A DNA stretch of 64,000 nt from an uncultured Caldilineales bacterium (GCA_964460135.1 CAYWPZ010000001.1:7469-71468), one strand, 5' to 3'; positions 28,002 to 38,344 are shown, counted from the first letter of the stretch. Notes: generated by a model not told the origin, from the sequence alone. Made by a program: numbers and translations.

Positions 28002-30620
28002 CTATTCCACCCGAAACGACACCACCGGCGAGAGGATTGGCTGCTCGTCGTCGCTGCGGCCCACCGCCTGCACCGTGTGCGACCCCGGCGCCAAATCCCA
28101 CCAAGCCGACCAGGGCCAGGCCCCCACTTCGGCGATGGCGACGCCGTCCACGATGTAGGCAACCCCGATCAGTGGCGCCTCGCCGATGTAGCTGATGGCA
28201 AGTTGCAGGCGCTGGGCCTGGGCCGGCAGGCGCGGGTCGATCAGATAGGTGGCGCTGGCGCCAGGGCTGAGGAGTTGGAGAGTCTGACCTGCCTGCACCG
28301 AGGAAAGCGCGGGCGGTGGGCGACGGAGAGGGGGCAGAGAGTGGAGATCGGCGGGCGCCAGGAGCAGGCCCTCTTGCTGCGCCCAGTCGCGCAGCAGGGG
28401 TGGCGGGTTCCAGGCCACCCGCTGGCCCAGGGCAGCGGCCGGGGTGCCGGCCAAGGCTGGTTGGCCGCTGCGCAGGTCGATGGCGATGCGCTGGTATTGG
28501 TCGTCGGCGCGGGTGGGTTCCGTGCCGGCGATGAAGAGTTCGCGCCGCACTTGGGGGCAGTCGGGCGCGGCCAGGAGGCCGGAGGGGGTGCAGATATCGC
28601 GCTCGACCAGATCATCAGAGCGGAAAAAGGGCCGCACGGGCAGGGTCTTGTGGGCGACGGTCATGAAATCGCGCCAGATGGGGGCGGCGCCGTCGATGCC
28701 GCTGGCCCCGTACATGGGGGTGTTGTCGGCGTTGCCCACCCACACCCCGGCCAGCAGGTCGGGGGTGAAGCCGATAGTCCAGTTGTCGCGCCAGTCGGTG
28801 GTGGTGCCGGTTTTGGCGGCGGCGGGGCGTTCCAGGCGCAGCGGGCTGGAGAAGCCGAAACTGGCGGCGCGGGCGTCATTGTCGGCGAGGATGTCGGTGA
28901 CCAGGTCGGCGGTGTGGGGGTCGAGTACGGCGGGGAAGGCGACGGCGGTAGGCAGGTTCCAACCGGCAGGGTTGTAGACCTGGCGGCCGTACAGGCCGGC
29001 GTCGAACAGCAATTGGCCCTCCCGGTCTTCGATGCGGGCAATGGCGAGGGGCTGCACCGGCTGCCCGGCGTGGGCGAAGGGGGCGTAGGCAGCGGTCAGT
29101 TCCAGCAGATTGACCTCGCCCCCACCCAGGGTCAGGGCCAGGCCATAGCGCTCGGCGGCGCCAAAGGTGGTGATGCCGTGGCGTCGGGCTTGGGTCAGGA
29201 GGGCATCGATGCCGATGGCCTCGAGCGTCCGCACGGCGGGGATGTTGTAGGAATTGGCCAGGGCGGCGCGCACCGAGACGGGGCCATGAAACCGCTGGTC
29301 GTAGTTGAGCGGTCGGTAGGGGTCGCCTTCGCGGGTGATGAAAGTGGCAGGGACGTCGGCCAGGACGGTGGCGGCGGTGAAGGGGTCGCGTCCGGCGGCG
29401 GCGCTGAGGCCGGGGTCAAGGGCGATGGCGTAGGTGAGCGGTTTGAGGGCCGAGCCGGGTTGTCGCCAGGCAAGGGCGGCGTTGAGGGCGCCGGAGATGT
29501 GGGCGGCGAAGTAGTCGGGGCTGCCGACAAAGGCGAGCAGGGCGCCGGTGACAGGGTCGAGGGCGACGAGGGCGGCGTTCTCGGCCCGGCGCTGGATGGG
29601 TAGGTCGGGGCCGGGGCGGTTCATCTCGGCCAGACGGCGGCGGATGGCGGCCTCGGCCGCTTGCGTCAGGGGCAGATCGAGGGTGGTGGTGATGCTCAGG
29701 CCGCCCCTAGCAAGGTGGTCGCGGCCGAGCGCCCGCTCGACCTGACCCTGCACATAGAAGACGAAGTGCGGGGCGCTGATGGGAAAGGGTGTGGCGGCAA
29801 AATGAAGCGGTTCGGCGGCGGTGCGGCGGGCCTCATCCCGGTCGAGATAGCCGGCCTCGACCATGAGGTGGAGCACCTGCTGCTGCCTGGCCCTGGCGGC
29901 GTCGGCGTTTTCGATCGGGTTGTAGGCCACGGGGGCCTGCGGCAGACCGGCCAGGAGTGCGCATTGGGCCAGGTCAAGCTCGGCGGCCGGGCGGCCAAAG
30001 TAGGAACGAGCGGCGGCCTCGATGCCGGTGGCAAAATGGCCGTAGTAGATGTTGTTGAGGTAGAGGGCCAGGATTTCGTCTTTGGCCAGGTGGTGCTCCA
30101 GGCGCCAAGCCAGCAGGGCCTCGCGCAGTTTGCGGCGCAGGCTGCGTTCGTAACGCTCGCTTTCGTCCAACAGCAGCAGCCGGGCGAGCTGCTGGGTGAG
30201 GGTGGAGCCGCCCTGGACGACGGCGCCATGACGCCAGTCGGCCCAGGCCGCACGCAGGATGGCGAGAAGGTCGACGCCGGGGTGTTGGTAGAAGCGTTTG
30301 TCTTCGGTGGCGATGGTGGCCTGACGGCAGGCCAAGGGCATGTCGGCGAGAGAGATGGGCTGGTAGTTGCCACGCGCCGGGTCGGCGATCTCGTAGAGGA
30401 GCAGGCCGTTGCGGTCGAGGATACGGGTGGCGGGGACGGCGGGGGCCGCCATGCGGTCGAGGCCGGGCAGTGGGCCGAAGAGCAGTGGGCCGAAAAAGAG
30501 GAGGGCGAGACCACTCCCCAGCGCCAACAGGATGACGGGCGCCAGCAAGAGCAGCCGGCGGCGGGCGCGATGCCGGCCGGCGGACGGCAGGCGGTTGGCG
30601 GCGTCAGTCGGCGCCGGCAA
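28002..30620 (-). CDS. Penicillin-binding protein 1C-like (PbpC): glycosyltransferase + transpeptidase + PBP1C C-terminal domain
   Basis: TM helix RRRLLLLAPVILLALGSGLALLF. GT51 motifs (..ATEDKRFYQHPGVD.., RKLREALLAWRLE). Transpeptidase SxxK-like region. C-terminal beta-sandwich domain. The start is uncertain: there is no in-frame ATG between the SGNH gene stop and the TM helix, so the start is provisionally placed at the TTG at 30620, overlapping the SGNH gene by 17 nt. Confidence 0.8.
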   Translation of the reverse strand: MPAPTDAANRLPSAGRHRARRRLLLLAPVILLALGSGLALLFFGPLLFGPLPGLDRMAAPAVPATRILDRNGLLLYEIADPARGNYQPISLADMPLACRQATIATEDKRFYQHPGVDLLAILRAAWADWRHGAVVQGGSTLTQQLARLLLLDESERYERSLRRKLREALLAWRLEHHLAKDEILALYLNNIYYGHFATGIEAAARSYFGRPAAELDLAQCALLAGLPQAPVAYNPIENADAARARQQQVLHLMVEAGYLDRDEARRTAAEPLHFAATPFPISAPHFVFYVQGQVERALGRDHLARGGLSITTTLDLPLTQAAEAAIRRRLAEMNRPGPDLPIQRRAENAALVALDPVTGALLAFVGSPDYFAAHISGALNAALAWRQPGSALKPLTYAIALDPGLSAAAGRDPFTAATVLADVPATFITREGDPYRPLNYDQRFHGPVSVRAALANSYNIPAVRTLEAIGIDALLTQARRHGITTFGAAERYGLALTLGGGEVNLLELTAAYAPFAHAGQPVQPLAIARIEDREGQLLFDAGLYGRQVYNPAGWNLPTAVAFPAVLDPHTADLVTDILADNDARAASFGFSSPLRLERPAAAKTGTTTDWRDNWTIGFTPDLLAGVWVGNADNTPMYGASGIDGAAPIWRDFMTVAHKTLPVRPFFRSDDLVERDICTPSGLLAAPDCPQVRRELFIAGTEPTRADDQYQRIAIDLRSGQPALAGTPAAALGQRVAWNPPPLLRDWAQQEGLLLAPADLHSLPPLRRPPPALSSVQAGQTLQLLSPGASATYLIDPRLPAQAQRLQLAISYIGEAPLIGVAYIVDGVAIAEVGAWPWSAWWDLAPGSHTVQAVGRSDDEQPILSPVVSFRVE

Positions 30621-31386
30621 CCCGGCCGGCGTTGCCGCTGGCGAGGCGCGGGAAGTAGGTGAGTCCGTCGCCTGCGTAATGCCAGTAGTAGGCGGACAGG
30701 AAGGCGTCGGCGATGCGCCGGTGGCCGAGGTCATTGGGGTGAAAGCCATCGCCATGAAAATCGGGCGGGAAAGGGTTGGGCTGGTCGGGTGAGGAGAGGC
30801 CGTCGGGCCGATCGACCGTGGCCGCCCAGAGGTCGGCCACAGCCAGGCCGCGCGCTTCGGCTTCCTGTCGGATCCAGCCGTTGTAGATATGCGCCCGCGC
30901 CCGGCGTTCTTCATCCCATCCGACCCAGGGCGTGACGCCAACAACGATCTGGGCCTGAGGTGCGAGCTGGCGGAAACGGTCGAGCATGGCGCCGTAGTGG
31001 GCCTGCCATTCGTCTGCGGGCACTTGTTCGCAAGTCGGGCTGGGCAGGATGTCGTTGACGCCCAGTTCGATGAAAAGGATGGTGGGCGGGGGCAATTGTT
31101 CCAGCCGCTCCCAGCGCGCCTCTAGCCGGCCGAGCGTACACATACCCTCCCAAAAGAGCAGGCGGATCTGGCCGGGGCGCTGGTCTTGAAGGCTGGTGAA
31201 GACATGATGGCGGAACATGGCGGCCTCGCTGCTGGCATAGAGGCCGCGGGTGATGCTGTCGCCGATGATCCAGACGGCATTGAGCGGCGGCGGTTCGTCG
31301 GCCTCGATCTGGCAGGCTTGCAGCCCAGCCATCAGGACGAATAAAACCAGGAGTGCATGGAGCCAAAGACGGCGCCGGCGGGGCAT
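30604..31386 (-). CDS. SGNH/GDSL family hydrolase (secreted)
   Basis: Signal peptide, GDSITRG block I, GVND block III and C-terminal DGFHPNDLGH block V. Confidence 0.85.
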   Translation of the reverse strand: MPRRRRLWLHALLVLFVLMAGLQACQIEADEPPPLNAVWIIGDSITRGLYASSEAAMFRHHVFTSLQDQRPGQIRLLFWEGMCTLGRLEARWERLEQLPPPTILFIELGVNDILPSPTCEQVPADEWQAHYGAMLDRFRQLAPQAQIVVGVTPWVGWDEERRARAHIYNGWIRQEAEARGLAVADLWAATVDRPDGLSSPDQPNPFPPDFHGDGFHPNDLGHRRIADAFLSAYYWHYAGDGLTYFPRLASGNAGRVAGAD

Positions 31387-31392
31387 AGGTTC

Positions 31393-32136
31393 CTATGGTT
31401 GGCGGCCGCCCCGCCGGACGGCGATGATCTCGGCCATGATGCTGACGGCGATCTCGGCGGGCGTCTCGGCGCGGATGGCAAGGCCGATGGGCGCATGGAC
31501 GCGTTCCAGCAGGGTGGGAGCGATGCCCTGTTCGCGTTCCAGCAGGTCGAAAACGGCGCGGATGCGACGCCTGGAGCCGATCATTCCGATATAGGCAAGC
31601 GGCCGGTCGAGGATGGTGGTCAGGCACTCCACGTCCAGGCTGTGCCCGCGCGTGACCAGGACGACATAGGTTTCTGGGTCGGCAGCCAGGGCGCTCACGG
31701 TCTGGCGGATGTCGGCGGCGATGACGTCGGCGGCGCGCGGGAAACGGCTGCGGTTGGCAAACTGCGCCCGGTCATCGATGACGATGACGCTGAAATCGCA
31801 CAGCGCGCCCAGTTCGCACAGCGGGACGGCGATGTGGCCGGCGCCGACGATCAAGAGGCGGGGCGGCCGTTGTTGCACCTCCACAAAGATATCGATCCCT
31901 TGGTCGAGGTAGCGGAGCAGCCGATGGCGGCCTTCGGCCAACGTCTGCACGGCGTCAGCCAGCGCCTGCGCTTCCAGCTCCCCCAAGCCCAGGCTGCCTT
32001 GCGGCGGGCGATCGAGCCAGATGATGGCCCTGGCCCCCACCTGCTCGCGCCGCGGGCTGCGAATGACCCTCGCCAGGGCCACGGGTTCTTTTTGCTGGAG
32101 CGATACGGCCAGGGCCTCGAGCAAGGCAGCGGACAT
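31393..32136 (-). CDS. XdhC/CoxI-family accessory protein
   Basis: N-terminal XdhC_CoxI domain, plus a Rossmann-like domain with LLIVGAGHIAVPL. ATG at 32136 behind GAGGGA. Confidence 0.8.
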   Translation of the reverse strand: MSAALLEALAVSLQQKEPVALARVIRSPRREQVGARAIIWLDRPPQGSLGLGELEAQALADAVQTLAEGRHRLLRYLDQGIDIFVEVQQRPPRLLIVGAGHIAVPLCELGALCDFSVIVIDDRAQFANRSRFPRAADVIAADIRQTVSALAADPETYVVLVTRGHSLDVECLTTILDRPLAYIGMIGSRRRIRAVFDLLEREQGIAPTLLERVHAPIGLAIRAETPAEIAVSIMAEIIAVRRGGRQP

Positions 32137-32141
32137 AGACC

Positions 32142-32774
32142 CTAGTCCCTCAGGTAGGGGTTGCTGCGGCGCTCGCGGCCGACGGCGGTGAAGGGGCCGT
32201 GGCCGGGAAAGAGGGTGTAGTCGTCGGGCAGGGTGAGGATCTGGCTCTGGATGGCGGCGATGAGCTGAGGATAGCTGCAACCGGGGAAGTCGGTGCGACC
32301 GATGCCGCCGGCAAAGACGGTGTCGCCCACCCAGGCGCGACGACCGGCGTGGTCGATGAAGATGACGGAGCCAGGCGAGTGGCCGGGGACATGACGGATC
32401 TCGAAGCTGGTTTCGCCCAGGCGGAGATCATCGCCCGGCGCCAGAAAGCCATCCACCGGCGGCGGCGGCCCCCACTTGCGCCCCAACCAGGCGGCAGTGG
32501 CCTCGGCCGCCCAGCCCAACACGGGCAATTCGTCTTGATGCAGGTGGAAGGTGGCGCCGGTGGCGGCCTGCACCTGCGGCACGGCCAGGACGTGGTCGAA
32601 ATGGGCGTGGGTGTTGATGATGCGGGTCACCCGTGCGGATGCGCGCCTGACCAGATCGAGGATGTCATCGGCCTCGTCGCCGGGGTCGATGAGCAGGGCC
32701 TCGTGGCTGGCCTCGTCCACGAGCAGAAAGCAGTTGACTTCAAGGAGGCCGACGATCAGGTGATGAGTTTGCAT
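32142..32774 (-). CDS. MBL-fold metallo-hydrolase (glyoxalase II-like)
   Basis: Motifs THAHFDH, GHSPG and GDTVF. ATG at 32774. Confidence 0.85.
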   Translation of the reverse strand: MQTHHLIVGLLEVNCFLLVDEASHEALLIDPGDEADDILDLVRRASARVTRIINTHAHFDHVLAVPQVQAATGATFHLHQDELPVLGWAAEATAAWLGRKWGPPPPVDGFLAPGDDLRLGETSFEIRHVPGHSPGSVIFIDHAGRRAWVGDTVFAGGIGRTDFPGCSYPQLIAAIQSQILTLPDDYTLFPGHGPFTAVGRERRSNPYLRD

Positions 32775-32808
32775 GGCTGCGTTCAGAGAAGGTGGTTTCG
32801 CGACGAAG

Positions 32809-32858
32809 TATAGCACAGGCGCGGCTGCCTTTGACGCCGTTACAGCCGCTGTGCTATA
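32809..32858. promoter_or_regulatory. 50-bp near-perfect hairpin/inverted repeat in the divergent MBL / GT-C promoter region
   Basis: TATAGCACAGGCGCGGCTG...CAGCCGCTGTGCTATA: 19-bp arms with one 2-nt bulge and a 15-nt loop. Confidence 0.45.
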
Positions 32859-33003
32859 GATGGCTGGCCACGGCAACGATGGTTGGTTGATCGAGAAACG
32901 CCAGGCGTGAGAGGTCAAGATCGCTGCCACCTTCTCGCGCCTCTCGCCCCAGGCTTCGCGACTGTTCTTGTACCGCCGCAGTAAGGATGCCAGCGCCCGC
33001 ACC

Positions 33004-35256
33004 ATGATTCGAAGTGTCTTCAAGCTGCCGGCCTCAGCGCTCGTTCGACGAGGCTGGGCCCTGGCGGTGTTGGTGGCCTTGCCGGCGCTGGCGCCTTTGC
33101 TGCGGCAGGGTTTCTGGGCCAGCGACGACGGTCGCTTTCACGTCTATCGCCTGGCCGCCCTGGCCGCAGCCTGGGGCCAGGGTGTGCTCCACCCCCGCCT
33201 GTTCCCCCAGTTCGGCTTTGGCTACGGCCAGGCCGTGCTGAATTTCTATTCGCCGGCGGGCTATTGGCCGGGGGCGCTGCTGAGCTGGCTGGGGTTCTCG
33301 CCCGCCGCCGCCGCCGAGATCACGATAGCCATCGGCTTCCTTCTGGCCGCCCTGGCCGTCTTTGGCTGCGCCCAGGCGCTGTGGGGGGCATGGGCAGGGC
33401 TGGCGGCGGCGGCCGTCTATACCTATTTCCCCTACCATCTGGCCGACGCCTATCTCCGCGGCGCCCTGCCCGAACACCTGGCCTTCATCTTCCCGCCGCT
33501 CATCTTCTGGGCCTATGCCGCCGCTTTCGAAAGAGAGACTGCCGGCGCCGACCACCGGCCGGCCGGTCTGGTTCCATCGCCGGCTGCCATCCCCCCGCTT
33601 CTGGCTGCCAGCCTGGCTTTGGCCGCCCTTGCCCTCGTGCACCACCTGAGTTCGCTGCTGCTGGCGCCGGTCGTGCTCGCCTTCGTGCTGGCGCTGGCGG
33701 CCAGCGGCAGGCAATGGCGGTTGCTGGCGGGGGTCGGCGGCTCCCTGGCGCTGGCGGTAGGACTCAGCGCCGGCTATTGGCTGCCGGCGCTGGTCGAACG
33801 GAGCAGCGTGGGGCTGGCAGCAGGAGCCTCGCGCGGGTTCGAGCATCATTTGCTCGAACCGACAGGGCTGGTGCAGCGGTCATGGGCTTACCTCTATCCT
33901 GCCGCCGGCGGCTACATCGTCTATCCTCTGAGCTGGCTGACGGCGACCCTGCCGCTCGTGGTCTTGCTCCTGCTCATCCTGCGCTGGCGAGGGAACGCCC
34001 GACCCGCCCACACACCCCAAATCGTCTTTCATCTCGGCCTTTTTGCCGTCACCGTCTTTCTGATCACTACCGCTTCGCTCTGGCTCTGGTTTCCCCTCAC
34101 GCCCGTCCTGGGCCAACTGCAATACCCCTGGCGCTTTCTGATCCTGACCGCCGTCGCCCTGGCTGTGGTCGCGGCGGCGATCATTCCCCTCCAGTCCCGC
34201 CTGCGGCCGGCACTGGTCGTCGCCGTGGTTGCGGCAGCAGCCCTTGTCGTTGGCATGGGGCGGCTGTCGTTGCCGCCGCTGGAACTGCCGGCCGGCCAGG
34301 TCTGGTCGCCGCAGCGGATGTGGGACGAAGATGCCGCGGCGGGACAGGTGGGCGCCACTTGGACGGGCGAGTTCCTGCCGGCGACGGTGAGCGAGCAGAG
34401 GTGGGCGCTCGGCCGCCGGCGCGAGGGTGCCAGCGACGGTCCCGCCCTGACAGGGCCGCTGCACCTGCGCCTGGTTGCGGAGGGTCTGAACCGCTGGCAA
34501 TTCGAGGTCGAGACGCCAACGCCGCTGTCGTTGCGCCTGCATCAGTTCCACCAACCGGGCTGGAATGCCCGCATCGATGGCCGCCCTGCCGCCGCCTTTG
34601 CCAGCGGCGAACTGGGCCTGGTGACGGTGGACATCCCGCCCGGCCTCCATCAGGTTGCCTTGCGGTTCGGCTCGACGCCCGCTCGGCTTGCCGGCGCTCT
34701 GACTGCCTTCGCATCGACGTTGCTGTGGGCGGGATTGGCCTGGCGCCAGGGCAGAAAGGATCGCGCCCTGCGCTCCGCCGCCGCCCTGCTGCCGATCCTG
34801 GCCCTGGCGCTGGCGCTCAACGGCCTGGGCATCGGCCGCCGAACCCACACCCCGCAGCCCATCCAGGCCCAACTGGCGGATGTCGCCCAGCTGATTGGCT
34901 GGGAGGCGCGCCCCGGGCGCGAGGCCGAGGCGCTTGATGTGACCCTCTATTGGCTGGCCCTGCGCGACGCCGGTGTGGATTACAAAGTGTTCGTCCACCT
35001 GCTGGATGGAAACGGCCAGGTTGTCTCGCAGCACGACGGCGACCCGGTCGGCGGCTACACTCCCACCACCCGCTGGCGTCGCGGCGAGATCATCGCCGAC
35101 AGCCACCGCATCCCGCTGCCGGCAGGCACGGCGGCGGGCGAGTACGGTCTGAAGGCGGGGATGTACGAATTGACAGCGGGCGGGCCGGCCAACCTGCCGG
35201 TCGAGCCATTCACGGTCGATGGCCGGATCGAACTGGGAACGGTGGAGGTGAAATAG
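33004..35256 (+). CDS. GT-C fold membrane glycosyltransferase (ArnT/PMT/GT39-like) with C-terminal extracytoplasmic domain, paralog 1
   Basis: About 13 TM helices. Acidic dyad in the first loop (FWASDDGRFHVYRL). C-terminal ~110-aa module shared with the genes at 35257 and 38345 (..DYKVFVHLLDGNGQVVSQHDGDPVGGYTPTTRWRRGEII..). Confidence 0.7.
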   Translation: MIRSVFKLPASALVRRGWALAVLVALPALAPLLRQGFWASDDGRFHVYRLAALAAAWGQGVLHPRLFPQFGFGYGQAVLNFYSPAGYWPGALLSWLGFSPAAAAEITIAIGFLLAALAVFGCAQALWGAWAGLAAAAVYTYFPYHLADAYLRGALPEHLAFIFPPLIFWAYAAAFERETAGADHRPAGLVPSPAAIPPLLAASLALAALALVHHLSSLLLAPVVLAFVLALAASGRQWRLLAGVGGSLALAVGLSAGYWLPALVERSSVGLAAGASRGFEHHLLEPTGLVQRSWAYLYPAAGGYIVYPLSWLTATLPLVVLLLLILRWRGNARPAHTPQIVFHLGLFAVTVFLITTASLWLWFPLTPVLGQLQYPWRFLILTAVALAVVAAAIIPLQSRLRPALVVAVVAAAALVVGMGRLSLPPLELPAGQVWSPQRMWDEDAAAGQVGATWTGEFLPATVSEQRWALGRRREGASDGPALTGPLHLRLVAEGLNRWQFEVETPTPLSLRLHQFHQPGWNARIDGRPAAAFASGELGLVTVDIPPGLHQVALRFGSTPARLAGALTAFASTLLWAGLAWRQGRKDRALRSAAALLPILALALALNGLGIGRRTHTPQPIQAQLADVAQLIGWEARPGREAEALDVTLYWLALRDAGVDYKVFVHLLDGNGQVVSQHDGDPVGGYTPTTRWRRGEIIADSHRIPLPAGTAAGEYGLKAGMYELTAGGPANLPVEPFTVDGRIELGTVEVK

Positions 35257-36996
35257 ATGGGCGGTCGGCGATCCTTCCTCCTCATCCTGGCCCTCTACCT
35301 GGCCCTGGCAACGGCCTATTCGTTGTCATTGCCTTTGGGCGAGGCCCCTGACGAAGCCGACCACTTTGCCTACGCCCGCCATCTGGCGCTAAACCGCAGC
35401 CTGCCGCAAGGCGCCGCCATCACCCAGGGCAAGCATCCGCCACTCTACCATGCCGCCGTCGCCGCCGTGGGCGCTTGGACGGGCATGGATTTCGACTGGC
35501 TGCGTTCCAATCCCGACGCCTTCCCCCTCGGCCCGGCGGCTCCGCCCAACTTCTTCGTCCACACCAATCTGGAGGCATGGCCCTGGCAGGGGGGGCCGCT
35601 GGCGATGCGGCTGGGCAGGCTGCTTTCGGTGCTGTTGGGTGCAATCACGGTCTGGGCTGCATGGCGTCTTGGTCGTGATTGCTTTGCGGGCGCGATGGAG
35701 GCCGGTCTGCTTGCGGGCGTCTTTCTAGCCACCCTGCCCGGCTTCCTGTTCATCAGCGGAGCCGTGAACAACGACAATGCCGCCGGCGCTTGCGGCGGCC
35801 TGGCCCTGGTGATCATGGCGGCCATAATCGGGCGAGGCCTGAGTCTCGGTCGCAGCATCGGGCTGGGCCTGGTTCTGGGGCTGGGGTTGCTGTCGAAGGT
35901 GGGGACGCTGGCCCTATGGCCGCTGGCAGCCCTGGCGATGGTGGGTGGGCTGTGGCCCGAACGACGGCAGGCGCGGGCCTGGTTGCGGGGGCTGGGGCAC
36001 CTGGTCGTCGGCCTGGGGGTGGGGACGCTGGTCGCCTCGCCCTGGCTGCTGCGCAATTGGCGGCTCTATGGCGACCCTCTGGGCTGGGAATTGGTGCGGG
36101 CCACAGTCGACCAGCGCGCCTCGCCGCTTGGTTTTGCCGATCTTGTCTGGCTGGCGAAAGGGTTGTTTGGCTACTTTTGGGGGCGCTTTGGCGCCGTCGG
36201 CCAGGTGCGTTTGCCCGCCTGGGCCTATCTCGTGGCCCTTGTCTTGAGCCTTTTCCTGCTGGCCGGCGCCGTCATCTTTTGGCGCCGCCGCCTGTCCGAC
36301 TATGGCGCCCGCTTCTCGGTTGCGCTCCTCGCCCTGGCGCCCCTGCTGACCCTGGCCTCGATCGTGCAGTACTCGACCATCGCTCTGGGTACCGACCAGG
36401 CGCGGCTTATGTGGCCGGCGGCGGCTGCCCTGGGCGCCTGGGCGGGGGCAGGGCTGGCCGGTTGGGCCGAGGCGCTGCGCTCGCGCCGTTTGCTGCCGAT
36501 CGCGAGTGCGGTGGTGATGATGACCTACGCGCTGGCCGCCCTCTTGCTGGCGCTGCGCCCGGCCTTTGCGCCGCCGCCGGCCGTCGCTTCACTGGCCGCT
36601 GCCGAAAACCTGGCCTCATTCGGCGATGATTTCGACCTCGTTGCCGTCCAACTGCCCGATCGCCCCCTGGCTGTTGGCGAAACAGCCGCCATCACCCTGT
36701 TTTGGCGGGCGCGACGGCCGCTGGGGGCAGATCTGCGCCCGGTGGTGCGTCTTGTCCATCAGGATGGCTGGCTGGCGGCCGAGCGAGATCATAGCCCGGC
36801 CCAGGGTCGCCTCAGCACCGACCGCTGGCCGGCGGGGGAGGTCATCGCCGACACGTTGACGCTGGCGCCCAACCCGGCCGGCGGCGGTGAATTTGCCCTG
36901 TGGCTGGGGGTGAGACCGTTCCGGGGGGAGTGGTTGGTCGCTCGGCCGGCCGCCGATGGTGTGTTCGTGCGGCTGGGCAGCCTCCACTTCGAATGA
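35257..36996 (+). CDS. GT-C fold membrane glycosyltransferase, paralog 2
   Basis: ATG at 35257 behind GGAGG. First-loop GEAPDEADHFAYARH. 11-12 TM helices. The C-terminal module is related to paralog 1. Confidence 0.7.
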   Translation: MGGRRSFLLILALYLALATAYSLSLPLGEAPDEADHFAYARHLALNRSLPQGAAITQGKHPPLYHAAVAAVGAWTGMDFDWLRSNPDAFPLGPAAPPNFFVHTNLEAWPWQGGPLAMRLGRLLSVLLGAITVWAAWRLGRDCFAGAMEAGLLAGVFLATLPGFLFISGAVNNDNAAGACGGLALVIMAAIIGRGLSLGRSIGLGLVLGLGLLSKVGTLALWPLAALAMVGGLWPERRQARAWLRGLGHLVVGLGVGTLVASPWLLRNWRLYGDPLGWELVRATVDQRASPLGFADLVWLAKGLFGYFWGRFGAVGQVRLPAWAYLVALVLSLFLLAGAVIFWRRRLSDYGARFSVALLALAPLLTLASIVQYSTIALGTDQARLMWPAAAALGAWAGAGLAGWAEALRSRRLLPIASAVVMMTYALAALLLALRPAFAPPPAVASLAAAENLASFGDDFDLVAVQLPDRPLAVGETAAITLFWRARRPLGADLRPVVRLVHQDGWLAAERDHSPAQGRLSTDRWPAGEVIADTLTLAPNPAGGGEFALWLGVRPFRGEWLVARPAADGVFVRLGSLHFE

Positions 36997-37029
36997 GATG
37001 GCGCCGCTTGCAGGCGCGGTCTTGCCGGC

Positions 37030-38313
37030 CTACTGCCCCTGGGCCAGGAGTCCCTGCTCGTACAGGAAGCCGGCCAGCGTTTCGGCGGCAAGGCGGTGGC
37101 CGGCCTCGTTCCAATGGCCGTTGATGGGGAAGTGCAGGCGGGCGCCATCGGCAGCCAGGAAGACGGGAACCAGATCGAGGGTGGGGATGCCGGCCCCAAC
37201 AAGGATGCGCAGCGCCTCGCGCCGGGGCTGCTCGACCGACCAGTCCTTTCCTTGCATGCGCGGGTAGCGGGCCTCGATGCGTTGCCATTCGCCGGCGTAG
37301 ATCTCCTCTTGCGAGTTGGCCAGGACGACAGCGAACCCGGCGCCCATGCCTCGCGCCTCTGCCTGTATCTCCATCAGCAGGGCGGCGGTGAGGTCGAAGG
37401 CGGACTGCCAGGCCGGCGCGACCGGCGCCTGGTAGACGCCGAAGACGAGGGGAACGTAGTCCGGGCCTTGTGCGATGAGGGTGGTCTCTTTGCCGGGGCG
37501 GATGATGCCGGTGCGGGCAAGACGGGCGGCCAGACGGGGCGCAGCAAGGCGCAGGCGGGGATTGGCCCAGCGGTAGAAGGCAGAATGGCGATGGAGCCAG
37601 TCGCCCAGACCGGTGAGCCGACCGGGGGGGATGGGCGCCGAACGTTCGGCGGAGACGACGGTGTTTTCGGATGGCGGCGGCGGCGCCTGGGCCGGGTCGA
37701 AGGGGAAGTCTTCGAGGACGAGCCGGCCATCCTGGAGGTGAAAGAAGGGTTTCAGGTTGGCGCCCATGTTGGCCGCTTCGAGCGGGCGGAAGTTGTTCAT
37801 GAAGTCGTTGCGGGGGTAGAAGGCCAACACGACCAGATCCGGCCGATAGCGGCGGCCTTGTTCTCGCAGCCACAACAGTTCTTGATCAGTGCCCCAGCCC
37901 TGCACCCCGGCGGCGATGACCTCGGCCCGAAGCCCCCTCTGGTTCAGGATCTGCCCCAACTGCTGGTGAAAGGCGTCCTGCATCTCCACCTGCATGGCCT
38001 CGACGAAAGAATCGCCGAGGACGAGGATGCGGTAGACGCCCGCGGGTTTGTCGTAGCCGATGGCAGCCGGGCTGCGCAGCCCCAGGCTGTTGATCTCCAC
38101 CCGGCTATCGTACTCGTAGTTCTCGTCGTAGCTGCGACCGCTGGCGCCAGGCTGGAGCGACCAGCCGGTGATGGGGTCGGGCGTTTTCCAGAACCAGCCG
38201 GCCGGCTCGACCGGTGTGGGCGCAGCCAGCCGGAAGATGATCTCGATGGCGACGAGGACGACGATAATGTTGACGAGGACAAAGAGGCCGAGTTTGAGCG
38301 CTTTGCGGGGCAT
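37030..38313 (-). CDS. Membrane-anchored SGNH-like hydrolase (AlgX/AlgJ-type fold), candidate glycan O-acyl esterase/transferase
   Basis: N-terminal TM, then a block-I-like VLGDSFVEA and a late HWNEAGH block. ATG at 38313. Confidence 0.55.
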   Translation of the reverse strand: MPRKALKLGLFVLVNIIVVLVAIEIIFRLAAPTPVEPAGWFWKTPDPITGWSLQPGASGRSYDENYEYDSRVEINSLGLRSPAAIGYDKPAGVYRILVLGDSFVEAMQVEMQDAFHQQLGQILNQRGLRAEVIAAGVQGWGTDQELLWLREQGRRYRPDLVVLAFYPRNDFMNNFRPLEAANMGANLKPFFHLQDGRLVLEDFPFDPAQAPPPPSENTVVSAERSAPIPPGRLTGLGDWLHRHSAFYRWANPRLRLAAPRLAARLARTGIIRPGKETTLIAQGPDYVPLVFGVYQAPVAPAWQSAFDLTAALLMEIQAEARGMGAGFAVVLANSQEEIYAGEWQRIEARYPRMQGKDWSVEQPRREALRILVGAGIPTLDLVPVFLAADGARLHFPINGHWNEAGHRLAAETLAGFLYEQGLLAQGQ

Positions 38314-38344
38314 GGAGCGGGTCTGGGGGGTGAAGGGTTCGCAG

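Noticed and set aside
27951-29603. 550-aa plus-strand ORF (Gly/Asp-rich) antisense to the PBP gene
   Set aside because: It is a low-complexity translation typical of antisense frames in 68% GC DNA, and the opposite strand encodes a full-length, motif-rich PBP1C.
30604-30734. Alternative ATG starts (30734, 30749, 30755) for the PBP gene deep inside the SGNH hydrolase gene
   Set aside because: They would give a >100-nt overlap and an N-terminal extension without hydrophobic or conserved character. The TTG at 30620, just before the TM helix, is preferred, but this is uncertain.
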